Translations under genes and position numbers: made by a program
Shown here: piece by piece, positions 24,401 through 38,500 of the stretch
Layout of the letters: the number at the start of each line of letters is the position of its first letter
Numbering within the stretch: position 1 is the first letter of the stretch
Notes under the pieces: model-generated
The model's input: only the letters and a program-made list of their open reading frames with translations
Database searches by the model: none
Told to the model about the DNA's origin: nothing
Source of the DNA: Eledone cirrhosa
Taxonomy: Eukaryota
NCBI GenBank assembly: GCA_964016885.1
Contig: OZ024747.1
Location: 52,514,001-52,578,000 of the forward strand
Reading direction: 5' to 3'
DNA length: 64,000 nucleotides

Positions 24401-27400
24401 AGAGAGGACCAGTACATAGGACAGTGTTGGTGTAGAGTAAAACAGAGAGAACCAGTACGTAGCACAGAGTCGCTGTAGAGTAAAACAGAGAGAACCAGTA
24501 CATAGGACAGTGTTGGTGTAGAGTAAAACAGAGAGAACCAGTACATAGAACAGAGTCGGTGTAGAGTAAGACAGAGAGAACCAGTACATAGGACAGTGTT
24601 GGTGTAGAGTAAAACAGAGAGAACCAGTACGTAGCACAGTGTTGGTGTAGAGTAAAACAGAGAGAACCAGTACGTAGCACAGAGTCGGTGTAGAGTAAGA
24701 CAGAGAGAACCAGTACATAGGACAGTGTTGGTGTAGAGTAAAACAGAGAGAACCAGTACGTAGCACAGAGTCGGTGTAGAGTAAAACAGAGAGAACCAGT
24801 ACATAGGACAGTGTTGGTGTAGAGTAAAACAGAGAGAACCAGTACATAGGACATTGTTGGTGTAGAGTAAAACAGAGAGAACCAGTACGTAGCACAGAGT
24901 CGCTGTAGAGTAAAACAGAGAGAACCAGTACATAGGACAGTGTTGGTGTAGAGTAAAACAGAGAGAACCAGTACATAGGACAGAGTTGGTGTAGAGTAAA
25001 ACAGAGAGAACCAGTACATAGGACAGAGTCGGTGTAGAGTAAAACAGAGAGAACCAGTACATAGGACAGAGTTGATGTAGGGTAAAACAGAGAGAACTAG
25101 TACATAGGACAGAGTTGGTGTAGTGTAAAACAGAGAGAACCAGTACATAGGACAGAGTCGGTGTAGAGTAAAACATAGAGAACCAGTACATAGGACAGAG
25201 TTGATGTAGGGTAAAACAGAGAGAACCAGTACATAGGACAGTGTTGGTGTAGGGTAAAACAGAGAGAACCAGTACGTAGCACAGAGTCGGTGTAGAATAA
25301 AACAGAGAGAACCAGTACGTAGCACAGAGTCGGTGTAGAGTAAAACAGAGAGAACCAGTACATAGGACAGTGTTGGTGTAGAGTAAAACAGAGAGAACCA
25401 GTACATAGGACAGTGTTGGTGTAGAGTAAAACAGAGAGAACCAGTACATAGGACAGAGTAGGTGTAGTGTAAAACAGAGAACAGAGAGAACCAGTACGTA
25501 GCACAGTGTTGGTGTAGAGTAAAACAGAGAGAACCAGTACGTAGCACAGAGTCGGTGTAGAGTAAAACAGAGAGAACCAGTACGTAGCACAGACTCGGTG
25601 TAGAGTAAAACAGAGAGAACCAGTACGTAGCACAGAGTCGGTGTAGAGTAAAACAGAGAGAGCCAGTACATAGAACAGAGTCGGTGTAGAGTAAAACAGA
25701 GAGAACCAGTACATAGGACAGAGTCACTGTAGAGTAAAACAGAGAGAACTAGTACATAGGACAGAGTCAGAGTAGAGTAAAACAGAGAGAACCAGTACAT
25801 AGGACAGAGTCGGTGTAGAGTAAAACAGAGAGAACCAGTACATAGGACAGAGTTGATGTAGGGTAAAACAGAGAGAACTAGTACATAGGACAGAGTTGGT
25901 GTAGTGTAAAACAGAGAGAACCAGTACATAGGACAGAGTCGGTGTAGAGTAAAACATAGAGAACCAGTACATAGGACAGAGTTGATGTAGGGTAAAACAG
26001 AGAGAACCAGTACATAGGACAGAGTAGGTGTAGAGTAAAACAGAGAGAACCAGTACATAGGACAGTGTTGGTGTAGAGTAAAACAGAGAGAACCAGTACG
26101 TAGCACAGAGTCGGTGTAGAGTAAAACAGAGAGAACCAGTACGTAGCACAGAGTCGGTGTAGAGTAAAACAGAGAGAACCAGTACATAGGACAGTGTTGG
26201 TGTAGAGTAAAACAGAGAGAACCAGTACATAGGACAGTGTTGGTGTAGAGTAAAACAGAGAGAACCAGTACATAGGACAGAGTAGGTGTAGTGTAAAACA
26301 GAGAACAGAGAGAACCAGTACATAGTACAGTGTTGGTGTAGAGTAAAACAGAGAGAACCAGTACGTAGCACAGAGTCGCTGTAGAGTAAAACAGAGAGAA
26401 CCAGTACATAGGACAGTGTTGGTGTAGAGTAAAACAGAGAGAACCAGTACATAGGACAGTGTTGGTGTAGAGTAAAACAGAGAGAACCAGTACATAGGAC
26501 AGAGTAGGTGTAGTGTAAAACAGAGAGAACCAGTACATATGACAGAGTAGGTGTAGAGTAAAACAGAGAGAACCAGTATATAGGACAGAGTCGGTGTAGA
26601 GTAAAACAGAGAGAACCAGTACGTAGCACAGAGTCGCTGTAGAGTAAAACAGAGAGAACCAGTACGTAGCACAGAGTCGGTGTAGAGTAAAACAGAGAGA
26701 ACCAGTACATAGGACAGTGTTGGTGTAGAGTAAAACAGAGAGGACCAGTACATAGGACAGTGATGGTGTAGAGTAAAACAGAGAGAACCAGTACGTAGCA
26801 CAGAGTCGCTGTAGAGTAAAACAGAGAGAACCAGTACATAGGACAGTGTTGGTGTAGAGTAAAACAGAGAGAACCAGTACATAGGACAGTGTTGGTGTAG
26901 AGTAAAACAGAGAGAACCAGTACATAGGACAGAGTCGGTGTAGAGTAAAACAGAGAGAACCAGTACATAGGACAGAGTTGATGTAGGGTAAAACAGAGAG
27001 AACTAGTACATAGGACAGAGTTGGTGTAGTGTAAAACAGAGAGAACCAGTACATAGGACAGAGTCGGTGTAGAGTAAAACATAGAGAACCAGTACATAGG
27101 ACAGAGTTGATGTAGGGTAAAACAGAGAGAACCAGTACATAGGACAGAGTAGGTGTAGAGTAAAACAAAGAGAACCAGTACATAGGACAGTGTTGGTGTA
27201 GAGTAAAACAGAGAGAACCAGTACATAGCACAGAGTCGGTGTAGAGTAAAACAGAGAGAACCAGTACATAGGACAGTGTTGGTGTAGAGTAAAACAGAGA
27301 GAACCAGTACATAGGACAGTGTTGGTGTAGAGTAAAACAGAGAGAACCAGTACATAGGACAGAGTAGGTGTAGTGTAAAACAGAGAACAGAGAGAACCAG

Positions 27401-28290
27401 TACATAGGACAGTGTTGGTGTAGAGTAAAACAGAGAGAACCAGTACGTAGCACAGAGTCGCTGTAGAGTAAAACAGAGAGAACCAGTACATAGGACAGTG
27501 TTGGTGTAGAGTAAAACAGAGAGAACCAGTACATAGGACAGTGTTGGTGTAGAGTAAAACAGAGAGAACCAGTACATAGGACAGAGTAGGTGTAGTGTAA
27601 AACAGAGAGAACCAGTACATATGACAGAGTAGGTGTAGAGTAAAACAGAGAGAACCAGTATATAGGACAGAGTCGGTGTAGAGTAAAACAGAGAGAACCA
27701 GTACGTAGCACAGAGTCGCTGTAGAGTAAAACAGAGAGAACCAGTACGTAGCACAGAGTCGGTGTAGAGTAAAACAGAGAGAACCAGTACATAGGACAGT
27801 GTTGGTGTAGAGTAAAACAGAGAGGACCAGTACATAGGACAGTGTTGGTGTAGAGTAAAACAGAGAGAACCAGTACGTAGCACAGAGTCGCTGTAGAGTA
27901 AAACAGAGAGAACCAGTACATAGGACAGTGTTGGTGTAGAGTAAAACAGAGAGAACCAGTACATAGAACAGAGTCGGTGTAGAGTAAGACAGAGAGAACC
28001 AGTACATAGGACAGTGTTGGTGTAGAGTAAAACAGAGAGAACCAGTACGTAGCACAGTGTTGGTGTAGAGTAAAACAGAGAGAACCAGTACGTAGCACAG
28101 AGTCGGTGTAGAGTAAGACAGAGAGAACCAGTACATAGGACAGTGTTGGTGTAGAGTAAAACAGAGAGAACCAGTACGTAGCACAGAGTCGGTGTAGAGT
28201 AAAACAGAGAGAACCAGTACATAGGACAGTGTTGGTGTAGAGTAAAACAGAGAGAACCAGTACATAGGACATTGTTGGTGTAGAGTAAAA
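21410..28290. repeat. Tandem duplication of an ~3.46-kb (80-monomer) block, offset 3461 then 3418 bp
   Basis: Shared variants catagtacag (22861/26322) and cagtgatgg (23301/26762). The spurious ORFs 21636..22253/25097..25714 and 22417..23421/25878..26882 are identical pairs. 3461 = 80x43 + 3x7. Confidence 0.88.
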
Positions 28291-29029
28291 CAGAGAGAAC
28301 CAGTACGTAGCACAGTGTTGGTGTAGAGTAAAACAGAGAGAACCAGTACGTAGCACAGAGTCGGTGTAGAGTAAAACAGAGAGAACCAGTACGTAGCACA
28401 GAGTCGGTGTAGAGTAAAACAGAGAGAACCAGTACATAGGACAGTGTTGGTGTAGAGTAAAACAGAGAGAACCAGTACATAGGACAGTGTTGGTGTAGAG
28501 TAAAACAGAGAGAACCAGTACGTAGCACAGTGTTGGTGTAGAGTAAAACAGAGAGAACCAGTACGTAGCACAGAGTCGATGTAGAGTAAAACAGAGAGAA
28601 CCAGTACATAGGACAGTGTTGGTGTAGAGTAAAACAGAGAGAACCAGTACATAGGACAGAGTCACTGTAGAGTAAAACAGAGAGAACCAGTACGTAGCAC
28701 AGTTGTGGTGTAGAGTAAAACAGAGAGAACCAGTACGTAGCACAGAGTCGCTGTAGAGTAAAACAGAGAGAACCAGTACATAGAACAGAGTCGGTGTAGA
28801 GTAAAACAGAGAGAACCAGTACATAGGACAGAGTCACTGTAGAGTAAAACAAAGAACTAGTACATAGGACAGAGTCAGAGTAGAGTAAAACAGAGAGAAC
28901 CAGTACATAGGAGAGAGTCGGTGTAGAGTAAAACAGAGAGAACCAGTACATAGGACAGAGTTGATGTAGGGTAAAACAGAGAGAACCAGTACATAGGACA
29001 GAGTTGGTGTACTGTAAAACAGAGAGAAC

Positions 29030-32000
29030 CAGTACATAGGAGAGTCAGAGTAGAGTAAAACAGAGAGAACCAGTACATAGGACAGAGTTGGTGTAGAGTA
29101 AAACAGAGAGAACCAGTACACAGGACAGAGTTGGTGTAGAGTAAAACAGAGAGAACCAGTACATATGACAGAGTAGGTGTAGAGTAAAACAGAGAGAACC
29201 AGTACATAGGACAGAGTCGGTGTAGAGTAAAACAGAGAGAACCAGTACATAGGAGAGTGTTGGTGTAGAGTAAAACAGAGAGAACCAGTACATAGGACAG
29301 TGTTGGTGTAGAGTAAAACAGAGAGAACCAGTACATAGGACAGAGTAGCTGTAGTGTAAAACAGAGAACAGAGAGAACCAGTACATAGGACAGTGTTGGT
29401 GTAGAGTAAAACAGAGAGAACCAGTACGTAGCACAGAGTCGGTGTAGAGTAAAACAGAGAGAACCAGTACATAGGACAGAGTCGGTGTAGAGTAAAACAG
29501 AGAGAACCAGTACATAGGACATTGTTGGTGTAGAGTAAAACAGAGAGAACCAGTACGTAGCACAGTGTTGGTGTAGAGTAAAACAGATAGAACCAGTACG
29601 TAGCACAGAGTCGGTGCAGAGTAAAACAGAGAGAACCAGTACATAGGACAGTGTTGGTGTAGAGTAAAACAGAGAGGACCAGTACATAGGACAGTGTTGG
29701 TGTAGAGTAAAACAGAGAGAACCAGTACGTAGCACAGAGTCGCTGTAGAGTAAAACAGAGAGAACCAGTACATAGGACAGTGTTGGTGTAGAGTAAAACA
29801 GAGAGAACCAGTACATAGGACAGTGTTGGTGTAGAGTAAAACAGAGAGAACCAGTACATAGGACAGAGTCGGTGTAGAGTAAAACAGAGAGAACCAGTAC
29901 ATAGGACAGAGTTGATGTAGGGTAAAACAGAGAGAACTAGTACATAGGACAGAGTTGGTGTAGTGTAAAACAGAGAGAACCAGTACATAGGACAGAGTCG
30001 GTGTAGAGTAAAACATAGAGAACCAGTACATAGGACAGAGTTGATGTAGGGTAAAACAGAGAGAACCAGTACATAGGACAGAGTAGGTGTAGAGTAAAAC
30101 AGAGAGAACCAGTACATAGGACAGTGTTGGTGTAGAGTAAAACAGAGAGAACCAGTACGTAGCACAGAATCGGTGTAGAGTAAAACAGAGAGAACCAGTA
30201 CGTAGCACAGAGTCGGTGTAGAGTAAAACAGAGAGAACCAGTACATAGGACAGTGTTGGTGTAGAGTAAAACAGAGAGAACCAGTACATAGGACAGTGTT
30301 GGTGTAGAGTAAAACAGAGAGAACCAGTACATAGGACAGAGTAGGTGTAGTGTAAAACAGAGAACAGAGAGAACCAGTACATAGGACAGTGTTGGTGTAG
30401 AGTAAAACAGAGAGAACCAGTACGTAGCACAGAGTCGCTGTAGAGTAAAACAGAGAGAACCAGTACGTAGCACAGTGTTGGTGTAGAGTAAAACAGAGAG
30501 AACCAGTACGTAGCACAGAGTCGGTGTAGAGTAAAACAGAGAGAACCAGTACGTAGCACAGAGTCGGTGTAGAGTAAAACAGAGAGAACCAGTACATAGG
30601 ACAGTGTTGGTGTAGAGTAAAACAGAGAGAACCAGTACATAGGACAGTGTTGGTGTAGAGTAAAACAGAGAGAACCAGTACATAGGACAGAGTCGGTGTA
30701 GAGTAAAACATAGAGAATACGTACATAGGACAGAGTTGATGTAGGGTAAAACAGAGAGAACCAGTACATAGGAGAGTCAGAGTAGAGTAAAACAGAGAGA
30801 ACCAGTACATAGGACAGAGTTGGTGTAGAGTAAAACAGAGAGAACCAGTACACAGGACAGAGTTGGTGTAGAGTAAAACAGAGAGAACCAGTACATATGA
30901 CAGAGTAGGTGTAGAGTAAAACAGAGAGAACCAGTACATAGGACAGAGTCGGTGTAGAGTAAAACAGAGAGAACCAGTACATAGGAGAGTGTTGGTGTAG
31001 AGTAAAACAGAGAGAACCAGTACATAGGACAGTGTTGGTGTAGAGTAAAACAGAGAGAACCAGTACATAGGACAGAGTAGCTGTAGTGTAAAACAGAGAA
31101 CAGAGAGAACCAGTACATAGGACAGTGTTGGTGTAGAGTAAAACAGAGAGAACCAGTACGTAGCACAGAGTCGGTGTAGAGTAAAACAGAGAGAACCAGT
31201 ACATAGGACAGAGTCGGTGTAGAGTAAAACAGAGAGAACCAGTACATAGGACATTGTTGGTGTAGAGTAAAACAGAGAGAACCAGTACGTAGCACAGTGT
31301 TGGTGTAGAGTAAAACAGATAGAACCAGTACGTAGCACAGAGTCGGTGTAGAATAAAACAGAGAGAACCAGTACATAGGACAGTGTTGGTGTAGAGTAAA
31401 ACAGAGAGGACCAGTACATAGGACAGTGTTGGTGTAGAGTAAAACAGAGAGAACCAGTACGTAGCACAGAGTCGCTGTAGAGTAAAACAGAGAGAACCAG
31501 TACATAGGACAGTGTTGGTGTAGAGTAAAACAGAGAGAACCAGTACATAGGACAGTGTTGGTGTAGAGTAAAACAGAGAGAACCAGTACATAGGACAGAG
31601 TCGGTGTAGAGTAAAACAGAGAGAACCAGTACATAGGACAGAGTTGATGTAGGGTAAAACAGAGAGAACTAGTACATAGGACAGAGTTGGTGTAGTGTAA
31701 AACAGAGAGAACCAGTACATAGGACAGAGTCGGTGTAGAGTAAAACATAGAGAACCAGTACATAGGACAGAGTTGATGTAGGGTAAAACAGAGAGAACCA
31801 GTACATAGGACAGAGTAGGTGTAGAGTAAAACAGAGAGAACCAGTACATAGGACAGTGTTGGTGTAGAGTAAAACAGAGAGAACCAGTACGTAGCACAGA
31901 ATCGGTGTAGAGTAAAACAGAGAGAACCAGTACGTAGCACAGAGTCGGTGTAGAGTAAAACAGAGAGAACCAGTACATAGGACAGTGTTGGTGTAGAGTA

Positions 32001-35000
32001 AAACAGAGAGAACCAGTACATAGGACAGTGTTGGTGTAGATTAAAACAGAGCGAACCAGTACATAGGACAGAGTAGGTGTAGTGTAAAACAGAGAACAGA
32101 GAGAACCAGTACATAGGACAGTGTTGGTGTAGAGTAAAACAGAGAGAACCAGTACGTAGCACAGAGTCGCTGTAGAGTAAAACAGAGAGAACCAGTACAT
32201 AGGACAGTGTTGGTGTAGAGTAAAACAGAGAGAACCAGTACATAGGACAGTGTTGGTGTAGAGTAAAACAGAGAGAACCAGTACATAGGACAGAGTAGGT
32301 GTAGTGTAAAACAGAGAGAACCAGTACATATGACAGAGTAGGTGTAGAGTAAAACAGAGAGAACTAGTATATAGGACAGAGTCGGTGTAGAGTAAAACAG
32401 AGAGAACCAGTACGTAGCACAGAGTCGCTGTAGAGTAAAACAGAGAGAACCAGTACGTAGCACAGAGTCGGTGTAGAGTAAAACAGAGAGAACCAGTACA
32501 TAGGACAGTGTTGGTGTAGAGTAAAACAGAGAGGACCAGTACATAGGACAGTGTTGGTGTAGAGTAAAACAGAGAGAACCAGTACGTAGCACAGAGTCGC
32601 TGTAGAGTAAAACAGAGAGAACCAGTACATAGGACAGTGTTGGTGTAGAGTAAAACAGAGAGAACCAGTACATAGAACAGAGTCGGTGTAGAGTAAGACA
32701 GAGAGAACCAGTACATAGGACAGTGTTGGTGTAGAGTAAAACAGAGAGAACCAGTACGTAGCACAGTGTTGGTGTAGAGTAAAACAGAGAGAACCAGTAC
32801 GTAGCACAGAGTCGGTGTAGAGTAAGACAGAGAGAACCAGTACATAGGACAGTGTTGGTGTAGAGTAAAACAGAGAGAACCAGTACGTAGCACAGAGTCG
32901 GTGTAGAGTAAAACAGAGAGAACCAGTACATAGGACAGTGTTGGTGTAGAGTAAAACAGAGAGAACCAGTACAGAGGACATTGTTGGTGTAGAGTAAAAC
33001 AGAGAGAACCAGTACGTAGCACAGTGTTGGTGTAGAGTAAAACAGAGAGAACCAGTACGTAGCACAGAGTCGGTGTAGAGTAAAACAGAGAGAACCAGTA
33101 CATAGGACAGTGTTGGTGTAGAGTAAAACAGAGAGAACCAGTACATAGGACAGTGTTGGTGTAGAGTAAAACAGAGAGAACCAGTACATAGGACAGAGTA
33201 GGTGTAGTGTAAAACAGAGAACAGAGAGAACCAGTACATAGGACAGTGTTGGTGTAGAGTAAAACAGAGAGAACCAGTACGTAGCACAGAGTCGCTGTAG
33301 AGTAAAACAGAGAGAACCAGTACGTAGCACAGTGTTGGTGTAGAGTAAAACAGAGAGAACCAGTACGTAGCACAGAGTCGGTGTAGAGTAAAACAGAGAG
33401 AACCAGTACGTAGCACAGAGTCGGTGTAGAGTAAAACAGAGAGAACCAGTACATAGGACAGTGTTGGTGTAGAGTAAAACAGAGAGAACCAGTACATAGG
33501 ACAGTGTTGGTGTAGAGTAAAACAGAGAGAACCAGTACGTAGCACAGTGTTGGTGTAGAGTAAAACAGAGAGAACCAGTACGTAGCACAGAGTCGATGTA
33601 GAGTAAAACAGAGAGAACCAGTACATAGGACAGTGTTGGTGTAGAGTAAAACAGAGAGAACCAGTACATAGGACAGAGTCACTGTAGAGTAAAACAGAGA
33701 GAACCAGTACGTAGCACAGTTGTGGTGTAGAGTAAAACAGAGAGAACCAGTACGTAGCACAGAGTCGCTGTAGAGTAAAACAGAGAGAACCAGTACATAG
33801 AACAGAGTCGGTGTAGAGTAAAACAGAGAGAACCAGTACATAGGACAGAGTCACTGTAGAGTAAAACAGAGAACTAGTACATAGGACAGAGTCAGAGTAG
33901 AGTAAAACAGAGAGAACCAGTACATAGGAGAGAGTCGGTGTAGAGTAAAACAGAGAGAACCAGTACATAGGACAGAGTTGATGTAGGGTAAAACAGAGAG
34001 AACCAGTACATAGGACAGAGTTGGTGTACTGTAAAACAGAGAGAACCAGTACATAGGACAGAGTCGGTGTAGAGTAAAACATAGAGAACACGTACATAGG
34101 ACAGAGTTGATGTAGGGTAAAACAGAGAGAACCAGTACATAGGAGAGTCAGAGTAGAGTAAAACAGAGAGAACCAGTACATAGGACAGAGTTGGTGTAGA
34201 GTAAAACAGAGAGAACCAGTACACAGGACAGAGTTGGTGTAGAGTAAAACAGAGAGAACCAGTACATATGACAGAGTAGGTGTAGAGTAAAACAGAGAGA
34301 ACCAGTACATAGGACAGAGTCGGTGTAGAGTAAAACAGAGAGAACCAGTACATAGGAGAGTGTTGGTGTAGAGTAAAACAGAGAGAACCAGTACATAGGA
34401 CAGTGTTGGTGTAGAGTAAAACAGAGAGAACCAGTACATAGGACAGAGTAGCTGTAGTGTAAAACAGAGAACAGAGAGAACCAGTACATAGGACAGTGTT
34501 GGTGTAGAGTAAAACAGAGAGAACCAGTACGTAGCACAGAGTCGGTGTAGAGTAAAACAGAGAGAACCAGTACATAGGACAGAGTCGGTGTAGAGTAAAA
34601 CAGAGAGAACCAGTACATAGGACATTGTTGGTGTAGAGTAAAACAGAGAGAACCAGTACGTAGCACAGTGTTGGTGTAGAGTAAAACAGATAGAACCAGT
34701 ACGTAGCACAGAGTCGGTGTAGAGTAAAACAGAGAGAACCAGTACATAGGACAGTGTTGGTGTAGAGTAAAACAGAGAGGACCAGTACATAGGACAGTGT
34801 TGGTGTAGAGTAAAACAGAGAGAACCAGTACGTAGCACAGAGTCGCTGTAGAGTAAAACAGAGAGAACCAGTACATAGGACAGTGTTGGTGTAGAGTAAA
34901 ACAGAGAGAACCAGTACATAGGACAGTGTTGGTGTAGAGTAAAACAGAGAGAACCAGTACATAGGACAGAGTCGGTGTAGAGTAAAACAGAGAGAACCAG

Positions 35001-35570
35001 TACATAGGACAGAGTTGATGTAGGGTAAAACAGAGAGAACTAGTACATAGGACAGAGTTGGTGTAGTGTAAAACAGAGAGAACCAGTACATAGGACAGAG
35101 TCGGTGTAGAGTAAAACATAGAGAACCAGTACATAGGACAGAGTTGATGTAGGGTAAAACAGAGAGAACCAGTACATAGGACAGAGTAGGTGTAGAGTAA
35201 AACAGAGAGAACCAGTACATAGGACAGTGTTGGTGTAGAGTAAAACAGAGAGAACCAGTACGTAGCACAGAATCGGTGTAGAGTAAAACAGAGAGAACCA
35301 GTACGTAGCACAGAGTCGGTGTAGAGTAAAACAGAGAGAACCAGTACATAGGACAGTGTTGGTGTAGAGTAAAACAGAGAGAACCAGTACATAGGACAGT
35401 GTTGGTGTAGAGTAAAACAGAGAGAACCAGTACATAGGACAGAGTAGGTGTAGTGTAAAACAGAGAACAGAGAGAACCAGTACATAGGACAGTGTTGGTG
35501 TAGAGTAAAACAGAGAGAACCAGTACGTAGCACAGAGTCGCTGTAGAGTAAAACAGAGAGAACCAGTACA
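29030..35570. repeat. ~1.45-kb block present three times (about 29030-30465, 30760-32197, 34130-35570), offsets 1732 and 3371 bp
   Basis: The variants cagatagaacc (~29585, 31317, 34688) and cagaatcgg (~30168, 31900, 35270) occur in the same order. Stop landmarks lie at 29045/30777/34148. 1732 = 40x43 + 14 - 2. Confidence 0.82.
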
Positions 35571-38500
35571 TAGGACAGTGTTGGTGTAGAGTAAAACAGA
35601 GAGAACCAGTACATAGGACAGTGTTGGTGTAGAGTAAAACAGAGAGAACCAGTACACAGGACAGAGTTGGTGTAGAGTAAAACAGAGAGAACCAGTACAT
35701 AGGACAGAGTCGGTGTAGAGTAAAACAGAGAGAACCAGTACATAGGAGAATGTTGGTGTAGAGTAAAACAGAGAGAACCAGTACAAAGGACAGTGTTGGT
35801 GTAGAGTAAAACAGAGAGAACCAGTACATAGGACAGAGTAGGTGTAGTGTAAAACAGAGAACAGAGAGAACCAGTACGTAGCACAGTGTTGGTGTAGAGT
35901 AAAACAGAGAGAACCAGTACGTAGCACAGAGTCGGTGTAGAGTAAAACAGAGAGAACCAGTACGTAGCACAGACTCGGTGTAGAGTAAAACAGAGAGAAC
36001 CAGTACGTAGCACAGAGTCGGTGTAGAGTAAAACAGAGAGAACCAGTACATAGAACAGAGTCGGTGTAGAGTAAAACAGAGAGAACCAGTACATAGGACA
36101 GAGTCACTGTAGAGTAAAACAGAGAGAACTAGTACATAGGACAGAGTCAGAGTAGAGTAAAACAGAGAGAACCAGTACATAGGACAGAGTCGGTGTAGAG
36201 TAAAACAGAGAGAACCAGTACATAGGACAGAGTTGATGTAGGGTAAAACAGAGAGAACTAGTACATAGGACAGAGTTGGTGTAGTGTAAAACAGAGAGAA
36301 CCAGTACATAGGACAGAGTCGGTGTAGAGTAAAACATAGAGAACCAGTACATAGGACAGAGTTGATGTAGGGTAAAACAGAGAGAACCAGTACATAGGAC
36401 AGAGTTGGTGTAGAGTAAAACAGAGAGAACCAGTACATAGGACAGTGTTGGTGTAGAGTAAAACAGAGAGAACCAGTACGTAGCACAGAGTCGGTGTAGA
36501 GTAAAACAAAGAGAACCAGTACGTAGCACAGAGTCGGTGTAGAGTAAAACAGAGAGAACCAGTACATAGGACAGTGTTGGTGTAGAGTAAAACAGAGAGA
36601 ACCAGTACATAGGACAGTGTTGGTGTAGGGTAAAACAGAGAGAACCAGTACGTAGCACAGAGTCGGTGTAGAGTAAAACAGAGAGAACCAGTACGTAGCA
36701 CAGAGTCGGTGTAGAGTAAAACAGAGAGAACCAGTACATAGGACAGTGTTGGTGTAGAGTAAAACAGAGAGAACCAGTACATAGGACAGTGTTGGTGTAG
36801 AGTAAAACAGAGAGAACCAGTACATAGGACAGAGTAGGTGTAGTGTAAAACAGAGAACAGAGAGAACCAGTACGTAGCACAGTGTTGGTGTAGAGTAAAA
36901 CAGAGAGAACCAGTACGTAGCACAGAGTCGGTGTAGAGTAAAACAGAGAGAACCAGTACGTAGCACAGACTCGGTGTAGAGTAAAACAGAGAGAACCAGT
37001 ACGTAGCACAGAGTCGGTGTAGAGTAAAACAGAGAGAGCCAGTACATAGAACAGAGTCGGTGTAGAGTAAAACAGAGAGAACCAGTACATAGGACAGAGT
37101 CACTGTAGAGTAAAACAGAGAGAACTAGTACATAGGACAGAGTCAGAGTAGAGTAAAACAGAGAGAACCAGTACATAGGACAGAGTCGTTGTAGAGTAAA
37201 ACAGAGAGAACCAGTACATAGGACAGAGTTGATGTAGGGTAAAACAGAGAGAACTAGTACATAGGACAGAGTTGGTGTAGTGTAAAACAGAGAGAACCAG
37301 TACATAGGACAGAGTCGGTGTAGAGTAAAACATAGAGAACCAGTACATAGGACAGAGTTGATGTAGGGTAAAACAGAGAGAACCAGTACATAGGATAGAG
37401 TAGGTGTAGAGTAAAACAGAGAGAACCAGTACATAGGACAGTGTTGGTGTAGAGTAAAACAGAGAGAACCAGTACGTAGCACAGAGTCGGTGTAGAGTAA
37501 AACAGAGAGAACCAGTACGTAGCACAGAGTCGGTGTAGAGTAAAACAGAGAGAACCAGTACATAGGACAGTGTTGGTGTAGAGTAAAACAGAGAGAACCA
37601 GTACATAGGACAGTGTTGGTGTAGAGTAAAACAGAGAGAACCAGTACATAGGACAGAGTAGGTGTAGTGTAAAATAGAGAACAGAGAGAACCAGTACATA
37701 GGACAGTGTTGGTGTAGAGTAAAACAGAGAGAACCAGTACGTAGCACAGAGTCGCTGTAGAGTAAAACAGAGAGAACCAGTACATAGAACAGAGTCGGTG
37801 TAGAGTAAAACAGAGAGAACCAGTACATAGGACAGAGTCACTGTAGAGTAAAACAGAGAACTAGTACATAGGACAGAGTCAGAGTAGAGTAAAACAGAGA
37901 GAACCAGTACATAGGACAGAGTCGGTGTAGAGTAAAACAGAGAGAACCAGTACATAGGACAGAGTTGATGTAGGGTAAAACAGAGAGAACCAGTACATAG
38001 GACAGAGTTGATGTAGGGTAAAACAGAGAGAACCAGTACATAGGACAGAGTCGGTGTAGAGTAAAACATAGAGAACACGTACATAGGACAGAGTTGATGT
38101 AGGGTAAAACAGAGAGAACCAGTACATAGGACAGAGTTGGTGTAGAGTAAAACAGAGAGAACCAGTACATAGGAGAGTCAGAGTAGAGTAAAACAGAGAG
38201 AACCAGTACATAGGACAGAGTTGGTGTAGAGTAAAACAGAGAGAACCAGTACACAGGACAGAGTTGGTGTAGAGTAAAACAGAGAGAACCAGTACATATG
38301 ACAGAGTAGGTGTAGAGTAAAACAGAGAGAACCAGTACATAGGAGAGTGTTGGTGTAGAGTAAAACAGAGAGAACCAGTACATAGGACAGTGTTGGTGTA
38401 GAGTAAAACAGAGAGAACCAGTACATAGGACAGAGTAGGTGTAGTGTAAAACAGAGAACAGAGAGAACCAGTACGTAGCACAGTGTTGGTGTAGAGTAAA

